Part shown: in pieces, positions 1 to 9,710 of the stretch
How positions within the stretch are numbered: position 1 is the first letter of the stretch
How the letters are laid out: every line of letters starts with the position of its first letter
From: Trichomonas gallinae
Taxonomy: Eukaryota
Assembly (NCBI GenBank): GCA_008369845.1
Contig: MRSU01001956.1
Location: forward strand, 1-40,790
DNA: 40,790 bases
Direction: 5' to 3'
Program-made: the position numbers and the translations under genes
The notes under the pieces: generated by a model
What the model was told of the DNA's origin: nothing
Seen by the model: only the letters and a program-made list of their open reading frames with translations
The model's database searches: none

Positions 1-733
1 AATATCTCTGTAATTTTCCAAAAAAACACTGTTTACTTCCTGTAATATATAGCTTATATTGTGCTCATTAATTTTTGCTGTTACATGTTTGTAGTTAATA
101 TATTAAACAATCTAATAGATTAACTTGAAGTAACTCGAGAGCCAAATTTTCGAATAAGGTTATGAGTCGGAAACCCTTTTTGAATCCAAATTTATCATAA
201 TAAGCCATCGACATGTCAATGAATGCAGTTAATTTGTATAATATTAGCAAATTTCAAAAGCTAAATTGTAAAAAACATATTATTTTCATCACTATAATTT
301 AAGATTTCGTAGCTCACAAGAATATTTCATTAAGCATCTTATCTATGTAATATTTATGTCATATTGAATCTATAGACTATGCATTCATCATAATTCTTAG
401 TACCAGCACTCATAATCAAAAAGCAATGATGCTTTTATTATTGTGATATACAAATTTGACATATATATCTTTCATTCATAGTTAGAAATTTTCACATTGC
501 ACAATATGTGATAATAAACATTCATATCTATTTTCAAAATAAGTAATTTTGATGTCATCACAATTTATGTAGAAAGTGAATCGACTTTAATGCATTTTGA
601 GATTAATGAATATATATTAAATGAGCAATTGATGGTGTTCATTATGGAATAATCATGATACTGACAAATTCTTTTCCCGGTTCTAGAAATTGATACTTCA
701 AAAAATAAGCCATTAAATTCTATTCCAACTAGT

Positions 734-1736
734 TTAACAATCAAGATGAGTAGCAATAAATACATCAAATAACATATTATCTGATGGATAATAAACAATG
801 TCTGTGGTTTCTTCTAATTGACAATTATCTGTTTTTATTTGCATGATGGAAACAAATGAAGATTCAGTCAGATTATTTTCGATTGTTACTGCTTCATTTG
901 TACCGAAATATTGATCAAAATAGCAGCTGTTTGCTTCTATACGAGAAATAGATCCTTTTGTATAAAAATATCTATTATATCCTTCAATGTTAAAAAAACA
1001 ACAGTTAGATACCTTTAAATAAACATTCTCGGAGCCAATAAGTCCAGAATAAGTAGCAGGCCCTGATATAGAAATCAAATTGCAATGTGCGTGACTTGCA
1101 TTCTTAAGTACAAATTGGGAATAAAAATAGGATGCACTGCTTTGATTGTTTTTGGAGCTGTTCACAAAGTTTGAGAAAATCACTGCTGAATTATCTCCTG
1201 AAACTTGGATTTGGAAGTTGGAAACTTGATAAATGCGCGTAAAGCTGATATTGAGGTACTTATATACTAATTCTCCAAATACAGTTTTGATGCAATGTGA
1301 ACCTGTGTCTGAATTATCGCCGGAATATGATATCGAGGACTGTATAATTTTATTTTGAAAATTATCATCCGGTGTAACCATTGTATGACAGAATTGATAG
1401 TGCTTCTCTGCTTTAGATCTAAATCCACATACTCGGTTTAATACGCATTGGCCATTGCTTGAAAAATCCAAAGATCCACATTTAGTTGCACTGCATAATG
1501 CAAAAAGTGTGTCTTCAATGAGCAATTTAGTATCATTTGTTGTAGATGAGAATAAAACCGCACCATTTGTCACTTGTTTAATAAATTCACAGTGATAGAT
1601 ATAATAATTAGATGAATTTCTTTCAAAATATGTCCTTAAGTTCTTTTTTCGAATAAAATTATACCCTTGATAATAGTTTGACCACTCAGTTTTCATCAAA
1701 GTAAAGGCTTAGGATGATGTTTCGAATTTGCAACAT
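734..1736 (-). pseudogene. Trichomonad-type hypothetical secreted/surface-family gene (Cys/Asn/Ser-rich), apparently frameshifted after its leader; 320-aa ORF from ATG 1696 remains
   Basis: Long ORF 734-1696 (MKTEWSNYY...). An Inr-adjacent ATG at 1736 (TCATTTTTAATG) encodes hydrophobic MLQIRNIILSLYF, then stops; it is 1 nt out of frame (1003 nt to the ORF stop). Confidence 0.5.
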
Positions 1737-1740
1737 TAAA

Positions 1741-1745
1741 AATGA
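1741..1745 (-). promoter_or_regulatory. Initiator (Inr)-like element TCATT
   Basis: TCATT 4 nt upstream of ATG 1736; matches the trichomonad Inr consensus. Confidence 0.55.
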
Positions 1746-2090
1746 ATAATATTACTCTACTTCATATCATTTTGCATCTATATCCATAAATGCACGTATA
1801 ATTTAAGTCTTTACTGTATAAGGTATCAAATTTAATTCCATACTATTCTATGCCCTAATAAACACAGTATACTGATGTTTAAATCCAGATTTTTGAGGAT
1901 GGAAACAATCTATTCTAGTAATATTCCACAGCAGATATATCTTCAACAAGTTGATCAAATTGCCCTCGACATCATATAATATAGCTGTTATCATGATTTA
2001 ATTAAATGAGTTGGCTGCAATATGCAATGATAATTTAATGTTTTGATTTGCAGGTAAATAATCCCGAAAAAATGAGTTTGAGTGCTGGCT

Positions 2091-2378
2091 ATAGTTGTGA
2101 TAAATGTTATGTGATATCTATAGATGCGACAATGAGCTAAGTGTTGGCCAATGATATGAAAAATGAGATGAATGCTATTAGTGCAATTACTAGTTGATAC
2201 ATATATAGATGTGATAATGAGTTGTATGATAGATGTGATAATAAGTTGTTAATAGATATGAGAATGAGCGATGTTAAAGTCTAATAGGTGTGAAGACTAG
2301 TTGATGCAAAATATATATGATAATGAGTTGTATATAGATGTAATAGTGCGTTTTATATATAGATGTGATAAAGAGTTG
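2091..2378. repeat. Degenerate tandem array of ~20-nt ATAGATGTGATAATGAGTTG, about 10 copies
   Basis: Copies at ~2091, 2120, 2151, 2205, 2229, 2252, 2284, 2311, 2334, 2359. Confidence 0.8.
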
Positions 2379-2439
2379 ATGTGATGATTTCTCCACCCCC
2401 TTCGTAAATTTTCCAGCCCCTAATGAATTTTATAAAATT

Positions 2440-5049
2440 TTGTCGGAGACTTTTGCCGCGTTTCTTCAGACACGATACAGTCCGTGTGTTTACGTGTTCG
2501 CGTCTGATGAAGCCAAAGCAGTCTGCCCTGACTACAAAAACATCATCCGCAAGACATTCAGCGAAGTAATTAAAAATAACAGTATTTTTTACAGATTAAT
2601 TTTCCCCGATGAGCTTTATAAAGAGAGCGAAATCATCTCCACACTGCAAAACATGAAGAGAAACTTCCAAACATTCCCGGATCCTAATTCAAGAAAATAC
2701 GAATTTACAACAATATCAACTTTACGCAAAAAAATTATAAAATACGATTTTCTTTCTCCATATAATTTCTCAGACATACCAATAGGAATACTCGCAGTGA
2801 TTTCTGGCACAGAGTTGCCTGCGATTCCTTTATCAATCTTCCCAAAGTGGTCTAGGAAGCTAATTGAGAGCACAAAAGCCAACTCACTCCGTATGCCAGC
2901 AAATGATTGCGCCGGTTCGCTTACAAAATTCGTGCAAATAATATTAAATAAAAGATACGAATTAATTACGCAAAGCATGCAAGCATCCTATGATAAGAAC
3001 TGGAATGGCCTTAGGCAATCACTTTTCAATATGTTAGACACATTTGGAGGCGAATCTCAGCGAATCACAGACTTAAAATATTACGCAGACCTCAAATTAC
3101 ATCAAAAACAGTATCAAGCTGCGGCAAACGCATACACACTACTTATCAATAATATGCCTGCTATTGTTAACTCGATAGCAACAGAGGCTCAGTTTATGTT
3201 ATCGATATGTGACATTCTCAAAGGTGCTGCTGGCGCTCAGACACTACAATCACTATTAACATCCATGAGCTTATCCAGATCTTACATTCATATCACGAAA
3301 TGCGCACTTGTCGAATTTTATATTCGTGCCACAACAGGACAGACGCCATCTGTCGCTTTAACACCATTTGTTAAAGAGCCAAGCTCGCAATTAGCAAAGT
3401 TTTTAGCTCCATTTGCTAAAGAACAAATTGCGCATTTGATGAGGCCTCGCCACGCAGCAGCCAAGTTTGCTTCGACTGCCCAAGAATTCAGGGAGCTTGG
3501 GTTAACATATTACACGCATCTTGATCTGATTGCTGCTGTTACTCCGTTATTAAATGAACATTGGGACTGGTTAATGCAATCTATCTTGGAGCAAGCAATG
3601 GAAACAGGCCATATACCTGATGATGTCAAAATTGCACTCGCATCCTGCAAAACTGTTTCAAATCCGTCAGTTTTTGAGCAATTTTTGAAAAGCGGGAGAT
3701 ATAAATGCGGATTTATCAGCGCAAAGATGTGCTCATTCTTTTCAGAAGGATATCCATGTACAGAACCACTCGAGTTTGACGGTGACTGGGTGGAAACAGC
3801 CGAGAGATTGTTTGGTGCCTATAGACCAGGCACTTTCTTCAACGCTAGTTTTCTCCAGCACAAAGAATGCCTCGTAGGTGAGCAAGTGGACATCAGAACA
3901 CTGCTAATGTCAGACAGAGGAGACATTCAAATGACAAAGATGCGCTTAAAACTATCAGGCGATGCCAAGGCTGATGTCATCTCAGCGACAATCGCGAGAT
4001 CGACAATGGCTGATGTAAACTTGTCATTTATTCCAACACAAGCTGGAACATTAGTAGTGGAAGGTGTTGAATTCTGCTGGGGATCGACTTTGGTTGAGTT
4101 CTATTGCGATTTCAAGAAACCATTGGTTTTCACTGTCTACGACAAGTCGCCGAAACTAAAGATAGAAATGATCGACAAAAAGATGACATTCTTCGAAGGA
4201 GAAATCTGTCAGTTCACTTTCACGCTGACTAACAGCGATTTTCCGTTGACGCACGTATTATTCTACACGTGTGGACTCCCTGTGAAGCTCATCGAGCCGC
4301 AGATAGAAGAAGTTTGCCAGATGTATCCTGTCGGCGCGATGGAGAAAAATGAAGTCAAAAATTTCAAGATTTCTTTGCTTGCCAAGTCAGTTGGTTTCAC
4401 TCATACGCATCTACTGATATCCTACTGGAACAGAGAATCAGGACCAGCAAGATACGTTCACGTGGATTTGATGTGCAACGTTAAGAAACTACCGCAAATT
4501 GACATAACTAGAACAGACAGTTTCTTGAAGATTAAAACGCCAGCTGACATAGAATCCATCGGATTCACTCATCCATATTCAGATCCAGATCCTTATACAA
4601 CGAAAGGCGAAAACGAAATGACATTTAAACTAGTTTCAAGTGAGTCTCAGCACAAAACAATTTTACCAGATTTCATTGAACCGTTTTTCGTCAACGACAC
4701 AATGAGATACTGGTTCAGCACGAAATTTGGCGTTTGCTCTATTCCAATTGCTCAATATGTTCATCCGCTGCGCGTTTTAGTCTCGAGAATTGGATTCGGA
4801 AAATACAAACTCCGCCTGAAAAATGCTGGAAAAGAAACAATAAATGACGTCAAAATTATTGTCATAGAACAAGACAATCCAATCAGTTATGTTTTGTCTG
4901 GAAAGAGCATTGTCGTCATTGACAGCTTATTTGCTGGAAAAGATGCTGAAGTTGAACTTAATTTCGTATTATTCCAGAAGCAAGTTTATGCAAACGTTCT
5001 CATCTCATACGAACTATTCTGTGTATCACAGAAAATTTTAATCGAGTAA
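2440..5049 (+). CDS. TRAPPC8: TRAPP III subunit TRAPPC8/Trs85-like protein (start codon uncertain; frame opens at TTG)
   Basis: 869-codon ORF. YSPCVYVFASDEAK resembles the TRAPPC8 N-terminal FVPCVAALCSDEAE; YADLKLHQKQYQAAANAY resembles the ADLxFxxxxYxxAxxxY helix; C-terminal beta-rich segments (VGEQVDI, FIPTQAGTLVVEGVEF). Confidence 0.72.
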   Translation: MSETFAAFLQTRYSPCVYVFASDEAKAVCPDYKNIIRKTFSEVIKNNSIFYRLIFPDELYKESEIISTLQNMKRNFQTFPDPNSRKYEFTTISTLRKKIIKYDFLSPYNFSDIPIGILAVISGTELPAIPLSIFPKWSRKLIESTKANSLRMPANDCAGSLTKFVQIILNKRYELITQSMQASYDKNWNGLRQSLFNMLDTFGGESQRITDLKYYADLKLHQKQYQAAANAYTLLINNMPAIVNSIATEAQFMLSICDILKGAAGAQTLQSLLTSMSLSRSYIHITKCALVEFYIRATTGQTPSVALTPFVKEPSSQLAKFLAPFAKEQIAHLMRPRHAAAKFASTAQEFRELGLTYYTHLDLIAAVTPLLNEHWDWLMQSILEQAMETGHIPDDVKIALASCKTVSNPSVFEQFLKSGRYKCGFISAKMCSFFSEGYPCTEPLEFDGDWVETAERLFGAYRPGTFFNASFLQHKECLVGEQVDIRTLLMSDRGDIQMTKMRLKLSGDAKADVISATIARSTMADVNLSFIPTQAGTLVVEGVEFCWGSTLVEFYCDFKKPLVFTVYDKSPKLKIEMIDKKMTFFEGEICQFTFTLTNSDFPLTHVLFYTCGLPVKLIEPQIEEVCQMYPVGAMEKNEVKNFKISLLAKSVGFTHTHLLISYWNRESGPARYVHVDLMCNVKKLPQIDITRTDSFLKIKTPADIESIGFTHPYSDPDPYTTKGENEMTFKLVSSESQHKTILPDFIEPFFVNDTMRYWFSTKFGVCSIPIAQYVHPLRVLVSRIGFGKYKLRLKNAGKETINDVKIIVIEQDNPISYVLSGKSIVVIDSLFAGKDAEVELNFVLFQKQVYANVLISYELFCVSQKILIE

Positions 5050-5076
5050 ATTTTTGTATTGTATTGAATCATTATT

Positions 5077-5455
5077 CAAAAATATCTTATTTATCGATTC
5101 ATCAAAAAAATATTATTCATTTCAAATTGCACCAAGCAAATATGTTTATTCCTTTTGATTATTAGGGATAAAAACATATATTTATGTTGCAAAAATATTA
5201 TTTATTGATTTATCAAAAACAAATTATATGTTTTTGTTTACAACAAGCAAGTTTATTAGTATATGTGATAACTCTTAATAAAAACATATTTTTATATAGC
5301 GAAAATAATATTTACACATTCATCAAAAATCAATTATGAATATCAATTCATAGCAAACAGATACTTTTGTTCTTATAATAATTAATAATAAAAACGATTT
5401 TTAGAGAAATTTCAATGATGAATACAATAAAAAGCATATGTTATATTGCAAAAAG
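5077..5455. repeat. Degenerate AT-rich tandem repeat, ~110-bp period, 3+ copies
   Basis: AAAAATA..TATTTA..GATTCATCAAAAA-like blocks at ~5078, 5191, 5301; ATAAAAACATAT-like blocks at ~5168, 5278, 5388, 5427. Confidence 0.6.
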
Positions 5456-5544
5456 TGAATTTATAGTTATGAAGAATAATAATATTAAATAAAATATGTT
5501 GAATAATTATTTGGGGTGTAAGTGTAATCCCCTGTTTTATCAGA

Positions 5545-6138
5545 ATGTTTTTTGCATTTTCAGTTTTTGTTCGAAGCGAGTTGCCAAAAATCGGTTTTAT
5601 GGCTTCAGTGCAGCTGACAAATGTCTACACTGATGCACATCTTAGTATGACAACAGAAAATTCAGGATTAGCGACAGAAATTCCAAAATTATATTCTTCA
5701 AGGCCAAATTACGAAGATGGATGGTTGTGGGTCATCGAGCCACCAGTAGAAAACATATCAAAGGGACAGGATGTTATTAAATGCGGCGAATCTGTTTCCT
5801 TAGTAAATTCAATCACGCACAACTTTGTGTCAATCAAATTATCGAAAGAAGTTGTTCCTACAGTTGGTAATATGGGCTCTAGCAGCAAATGGAAATTGAT
5901 TTGCGATAATTCTGATGTTCTTAAGCAAGATTTAGAATTCCAACTTTACAATGAACAGCATAAATGCTATTTAACATCCACATTCGAACAACTCCTTGAC
6001 ACAGACCTAAATAAATTTAAGATTACATGCGTTAATCAGACAAAATATTCTGTTTGGTCAATTAGAGAAGGAGTTTTCTTTTTAGAGCCAAAACCAGTCA
6101 AACAGGAAGAAACAGAGTATGATGATGACGATTTTTAA
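5545..6138 (+). CDS. MIR-domain protein, SDF2-like (ER lumen)
   Basis: Short hydrophobic leader, MIR-like segments (ASVQLTNVYTDAHL, WLWVIE, IKCGESVSLVNSITH, WSIREGVFF), acidic C-terminus ending DDDDF. Confidence 0.7.
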   Translation: MFFAFSVFVRSELPKIGFMASVQLTNVYTDAHLSMTTENSGLATEIPKLYSSRPNYEDGWLWVIEPPVENISKGQDVIKCGESVSLVNSITHNFVSIKLSKEVVPTVGNMGSSSKWKLICDNSDVLKQDLEFQLYNEQHKCYLTSTFEQLLDTDLNKFKITCVNQTKYSVWSIREGVFFLEPKPVKQEETEYDDDDF

Positions 6139-6386
6139 ATGAAAAACAAACAAAAAAATATATGGGGAAACAAATATTAATCCAAGCTTCATAATTATCA
6201 TAAATAGATATACTATGGCAATTATTTCGTTGAAAATATAAAGGATTCAATGAAATTCTTGGATTTGTAAAGTTATTGGATTTTGTTGAAAAATGACTGA
6301 GTTTCTCCATTTGGCGATGTATTAATAGGTGTTTGATATCTTAATTGATCAATTTGAATAAATATTAAATATGAAAATTAATTTTT

Positions 6387-7580
6387 TCATGGAGAACCTT
6401 TTGTTGGAGAGAAGCTGAATGAAGAACTACTTGAAGGGCTTCTAATTCTCTCTGTTAGAAGCATAACTTTCTGATCTAGTGTTGATTGTTGATTATTATA
6501 ACTATTCTTAAGCGAATTGATTTCTGAGATGATTTTTGAGGAGTCTGCGAATGATCTGCTCTGTAGCTGCTTCAGATCCGCAAGAGTTTCAGCCAGTTTG
6601 TCTTTGAGCTTTTTTTCTCGTTTTGCGCTTCGAGTTAAGATCTTCTGGCACTCTTGTTCCTTCATTTCTATAGTTCTGCGCAGGTACTCGTTGAACGCGT
6701 CGTTGATGTTGTATCCTTCGAAGTGTATCTCAGGCCACAACGATTTTAATTCATTCTTGACGTTATTGATTTCTGATTGAACTTGAGTGTCATATCTGTC
6801 TCTGACGAACCTCAGCATGTCATCTACTTTCATTGTGGGCGAAAATTGAGTTGGAAGTGAAATATTTAAAGTTTTGTTTAATGCTGAAGCCGCAGCTGTA
6901 TATTGTCTTCTCAGCTGAGCTTGTCTAGCCTTTGTCTCATCGAATTGTCGCTTTTTAATGTTATAATCGGATTTTTGAAATTCTTCATTTTGCATTTGCT
7001 TTAACGAAGATGTAACGTATTGTAATAGCTTTCTCTTTGCAGACTGCATCTCATTTGACAATGATTGAGCGAATTTCATGTAATCTTGGCGGATTTGATT
7101 CAATGATTTCTGTGAACCGCTGCATATCTGGCGTCCTTTACCTGATAAAGTCATATTATTTTGGACACCTATAAACTCAGCGTTGATTTTACTGCGTAAA
7201 AGATCAGATCTTTTCTTATGTTGAGATTGTAATTCTAATAATTCCTTTTCTAATTGGTCAAAGTTTTTCTGTAGTTTCAAATTATCCAAATGAGCACGTT
7301 TTACTTCTTCTTCCGCTGCTTGTCGCTCGTGTCGCAATACGTTTTGTAGGTATTCGTACTGATTTTGCAGTTGTACATAATTCTCGATCTGTTTTATGAC
7401 CAATGGTTCGTCATCTGAGTTTATTAAGCGTACTAAAGAAAGTGCAAGTTGATAATGTAGATTATTAAGCGTCATGCGATCAAATTTGATATACTTAGAC
7501 TGTCTCTGGAACAAATTACCGACTTCTGTCCTAAGACAATGAAGTGCTTCCTCTCTTAAATCATCAGTTGTGTATTCCAT
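6387..7580 (-). CDS. Coiled-coil hypothetical protein (397 aa)
   Basis: Heptad-rich ORF; start moved from TTG 7625 to ATG 7580 (MEYTTDDL), which follows Inr TCACT at 7597-7593. Confidence 0.8.
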   Translation of the reverse strand: MEYTTDDLREEALHCLRTEVGNLFQRQSKYIKFDRMTLNNLHYQLALSLVRLINSDDEPLVIKQIENYVQLQNQYEYLQNVLRHERQAAEEEVKRAHLDNLKLQKNFDQLEKELLELQSQHKKRSDLLRSKINAEFIGVQNNMTLSGKGRQICSGSQKSLNQIRQDYMKFAQSLSNEMQSAKRKLLQYVTSSLKQMQNEEFQKSDYNIKKRQFDETKARQAQLRRQYTAAASALNKTLNISLPTQFSPTMKVDDMLRFVRDRYDTQVQSEINNVKNELKSLWPEIHFEGYNINDAFNEYLRRTIEMKEQECQKILTRSAKREKKLKDKLAETLADLKQLQSRSFADSSKIISEINSLKNSYNNQQSTLDQKVMLLTERIRSPSSSSSFSFSPTKGSP

Positions 7581-7589
7581 TGATTTTTC

Positions 7590-7713
7590 AAAAGTGACAA
7601 AAATATTTACATCTAAAAGTGACAATTTTAAATTTAAAAAGTGACGAATTTACCAAAGTAACTCAATTTGAAAAATGACAAGTATAAAAAGTGACTGAGG
7701 TCTGAAAAGTGAC
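7590..7713 (-). promoter_or_regulatory. Array of GTCACTTTT (Inr-containing; AAAAGTGAC on + strand) motifs
   Basis: Exact AAAAGTGAC at 7590, 7615, 7637, 7687, 7705; variants at ~7655 and 7671; directly upstream of ATG 7580. Confidence 0.65.
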
Positions 7714-7755
7714 AAACATTTTTTTACATAATAATACATAACAAACAAAACAAAT

Positions 7756-8784
7756 CTAAATATCATCATCTGAAGGCTCACCAAAAACTGTTCTATCAGT
7801 GTTTAAGCTGTTTAGTCTTCCCATTGGTTGAAGTGATGCAGTTCTCATTTTAGCTGGTCCACCAACTTTGGGGAAGCTTATAATAGGCTTTAATGGATTC
7901 TTTTTGATGGTTTGAGGGTTCCTTCTAGCAGGAGGATCATCTTGCAAATCAAGTAGTCCTAAATCTGAAAAATCGCGTATATTCTGTAAGTTTTCTCTGT
8001 AGTTCTTCAGAATAATATCATTAAACTTTGCAGTTTCCTGTTTGAATTTTTGCTTATTGATAAATTCTGATTGTGCGATGAATTTCTCTTTTAAATCTGT
8101 GATTTCTGCTATTAAATCTTCCTTCATACCTTGAAGCCTCTGTAGTTCTTCTTCTTTTTCGGATAATACAGTATTAACATTATCAGCGAAAGATTTATCA
8201 GTAGAAAAGCTAATTGCATTGCGTAGAAGATCAATCTGCTCGTATGATAATGTAAATAGCTTGACTTCATGCTTAGAAATTTCGTTACATTTTATCGAAT
8301 AATCTTGAGGCTGTTTCATTTGATCAATAATTCCTTGGTTTGAACTTGCTTGTGAAGCTAAGTGGTTAATACTTGTGTTCATATAATAGATCGAATCTCT
8401 TAAATATTTTATATCTGCATTTAATTTAGTTTGATTTTGCGATGAGAATTTAATTTTCTGTTGTTTGATGGTTTCTAAAAGTGATGCATATTCTCGTCTG
8501 AGATTTAATAATGGATTTGAAGATTCAAATGATGAATTTTGGCTATTTTCTGTACTTGTTCCTTCATCTTGTAATGGTGGCTCATTTAATTCGAATCTAT
8601 AGTCCAAATCGCTTTCAGAATCATCAGAAAAAAATTCATGAGATTCGTTTTTCTTAGGAGAGAAGAAATTTTCTGTGCTTTTCGCTAGTTGTTTTTTGCG
8701 CGGATTACTCAGCCCTATTTTTCGCCCAGAATTATTTTGTGGCGGAGGTTTTACTGGTAAACCAATTATGTTATCATTTTCCAT
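7756..8784 (-). CDS. Hypothetical protein with central coiled coil (342 aa)
   Basis: ATG-initiated ORF, disordered ends, heptad-rich core. Confidence 0.8.
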   Translation of the reverse strand: MENDNIIGLPVKPPPQNNSGRKIGLSNPRKKQLAKSTENFFSPKKNESHEFFSDDSESDLDYRFELNEPPLQDEGTSTENSQNSSFESSNPLLNLRREYASLLETIKQQKIKFSSQNQTKLNADIKYLRDSIYYMNTSINHLASQASSNQGIIDQMKQPQDYSIKCNEISKHEVKLFTLSYEQIDLLRNAISFSTDKSFADNVNTVLSEKEEELQRLQGMKEDLIAEITDLKEKFIAQSEFINKQKFKQETAKFNDIILKNYRENLQNIRDFSDLGLLDLQDDPPARRNPQTIKKNPLKPIISFPKVGGPAKMRTASLQPMGRLNSLNTDRTVFGEPSDDDI

Positions 8785-8815
8785 TTTTTATCTCAATATA
8801 TGACACGTAAATTTT

Positions 8816-8923
8816 AAAATGTCAAATAAAAATTTTACATGACAAATAATTATAAAAATGTTATATAAATATTTTACATGGCATTAATAACTTAAAATGT
8901 CAAATAAAATATTTTACATGACA
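8816..8923. repeat. Three copies of a 39-bp unit AAAATGTCAAATAAAA(T)ATTTTACATGACA in a divergent intergenic region
   Basis: Units start 8816, 8855, 8894; intergenic gap 8785-8937 lies between head-to-head ATGs. Confidence 0.8.
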
Positions 8924-8937
8924 ACGAAATTTCACAA

Positions 8938-9432
8938 ATGTTGAGTTTGATTTTTTCTCTTAATGTAGCTGAGATAGGGAGTGGTCATGTTACAGGAGTT
9001 TCTCCGTGGATTATTGGTCCACACAAATCGCAACACTTAATGTTCAGTTATTCGCCAGAAGACGCAGGAAGTATCGAAATATTTTGCGATGATATTCAAA
9101 TTGTCTGTGGACGCATGTATTTAGGTAAAACCAACTGTACTGTCCCTCCTTTGGGTCTTGGACTCCATATTTGCCAAACAAAATTAGATATTGTTTATAC
9201 TAGAATTTTAGTCGTGAATTGGTTTATTGTGGCAATTCTTATTGGACTAATTTTTGGATTTCTATATCTTTTCACATATGTTTTGATGGTAATTTCAATT
9301 CCAATTCGTGAGAAACAATTCGAAAGCCATCCAAAAAGACAACATACAGATAAAGATGACCTATTCGAAGATATTTCAATACCACCTACAAGAAATCGCA
9401 CACTACTAGGCGGATTACAAACTATGTTTTAA
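8938..9432 (+). CDS. Small type I membrane protein, possible IPT/TIG-like ectodomain
   Basis: Hydrophobic leader; VTGVSP...G and NCTVPP resemble IPT/TIG; TM helix WFIVAILIGLIFGFLYLFTYVLMV; charged tail. Confidence 0.65.
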   Translation: MLSLIFSLNVAEIGSGHVTGVSPWIIGPHKSQHLMFSYSPEDAGSIEIFCDDIQIVCGRMYLGKTNCTVPPLGLGLHICQTKLDIVYTRILVVNWFIVAILIGLIFGFLYLFTYVLMVISIPIREKQFESHPKRQHTDKDDLFEDISIPPTRNRTLLGGLQTMF

Positions 9433-9710
9433 TTTTATTAATTATCCGAATCAAATATAATCGAAATACTATACATGAAAATTTCTTAAGGAAATTTATG
9501 CAATATAAATTCAATATTCGAAATAATATTATTGCGAAATCTGATCTATTCTACTGTATTTACGTGCATTTTAATGCTCATATTACAGGAAGTTTATACA
9601 TGGAAATAAAAATTGTTTGTTTTTTTAATTCGAAATTTTTTAATAACAGCAAAAACAGTTTACTTAAAAGATACTAGTATAGATTTAAAATAAAAATGGT
9701 AAAGAATATA

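Noticed and set aside
565..798. 77-aa hydrophobic ORF as a separate gene or frameshifted tail
   Set aside because: Non-ATG start, AT-rich chance composition; the overlapping gene already has a plausible C-terminus
2091..2378. CRISPR-like repeat/spacer appearance
   Set aside because: Repeats are degenerate, spacers are mostly only a few nt, no cas genes, eukaryotic context
7581..7625. TTG-initiated 15-aa N-terminal extension in the ORF track
   Set aside because: Runs through the Inr array; ATG 7580 has the expected Inr context
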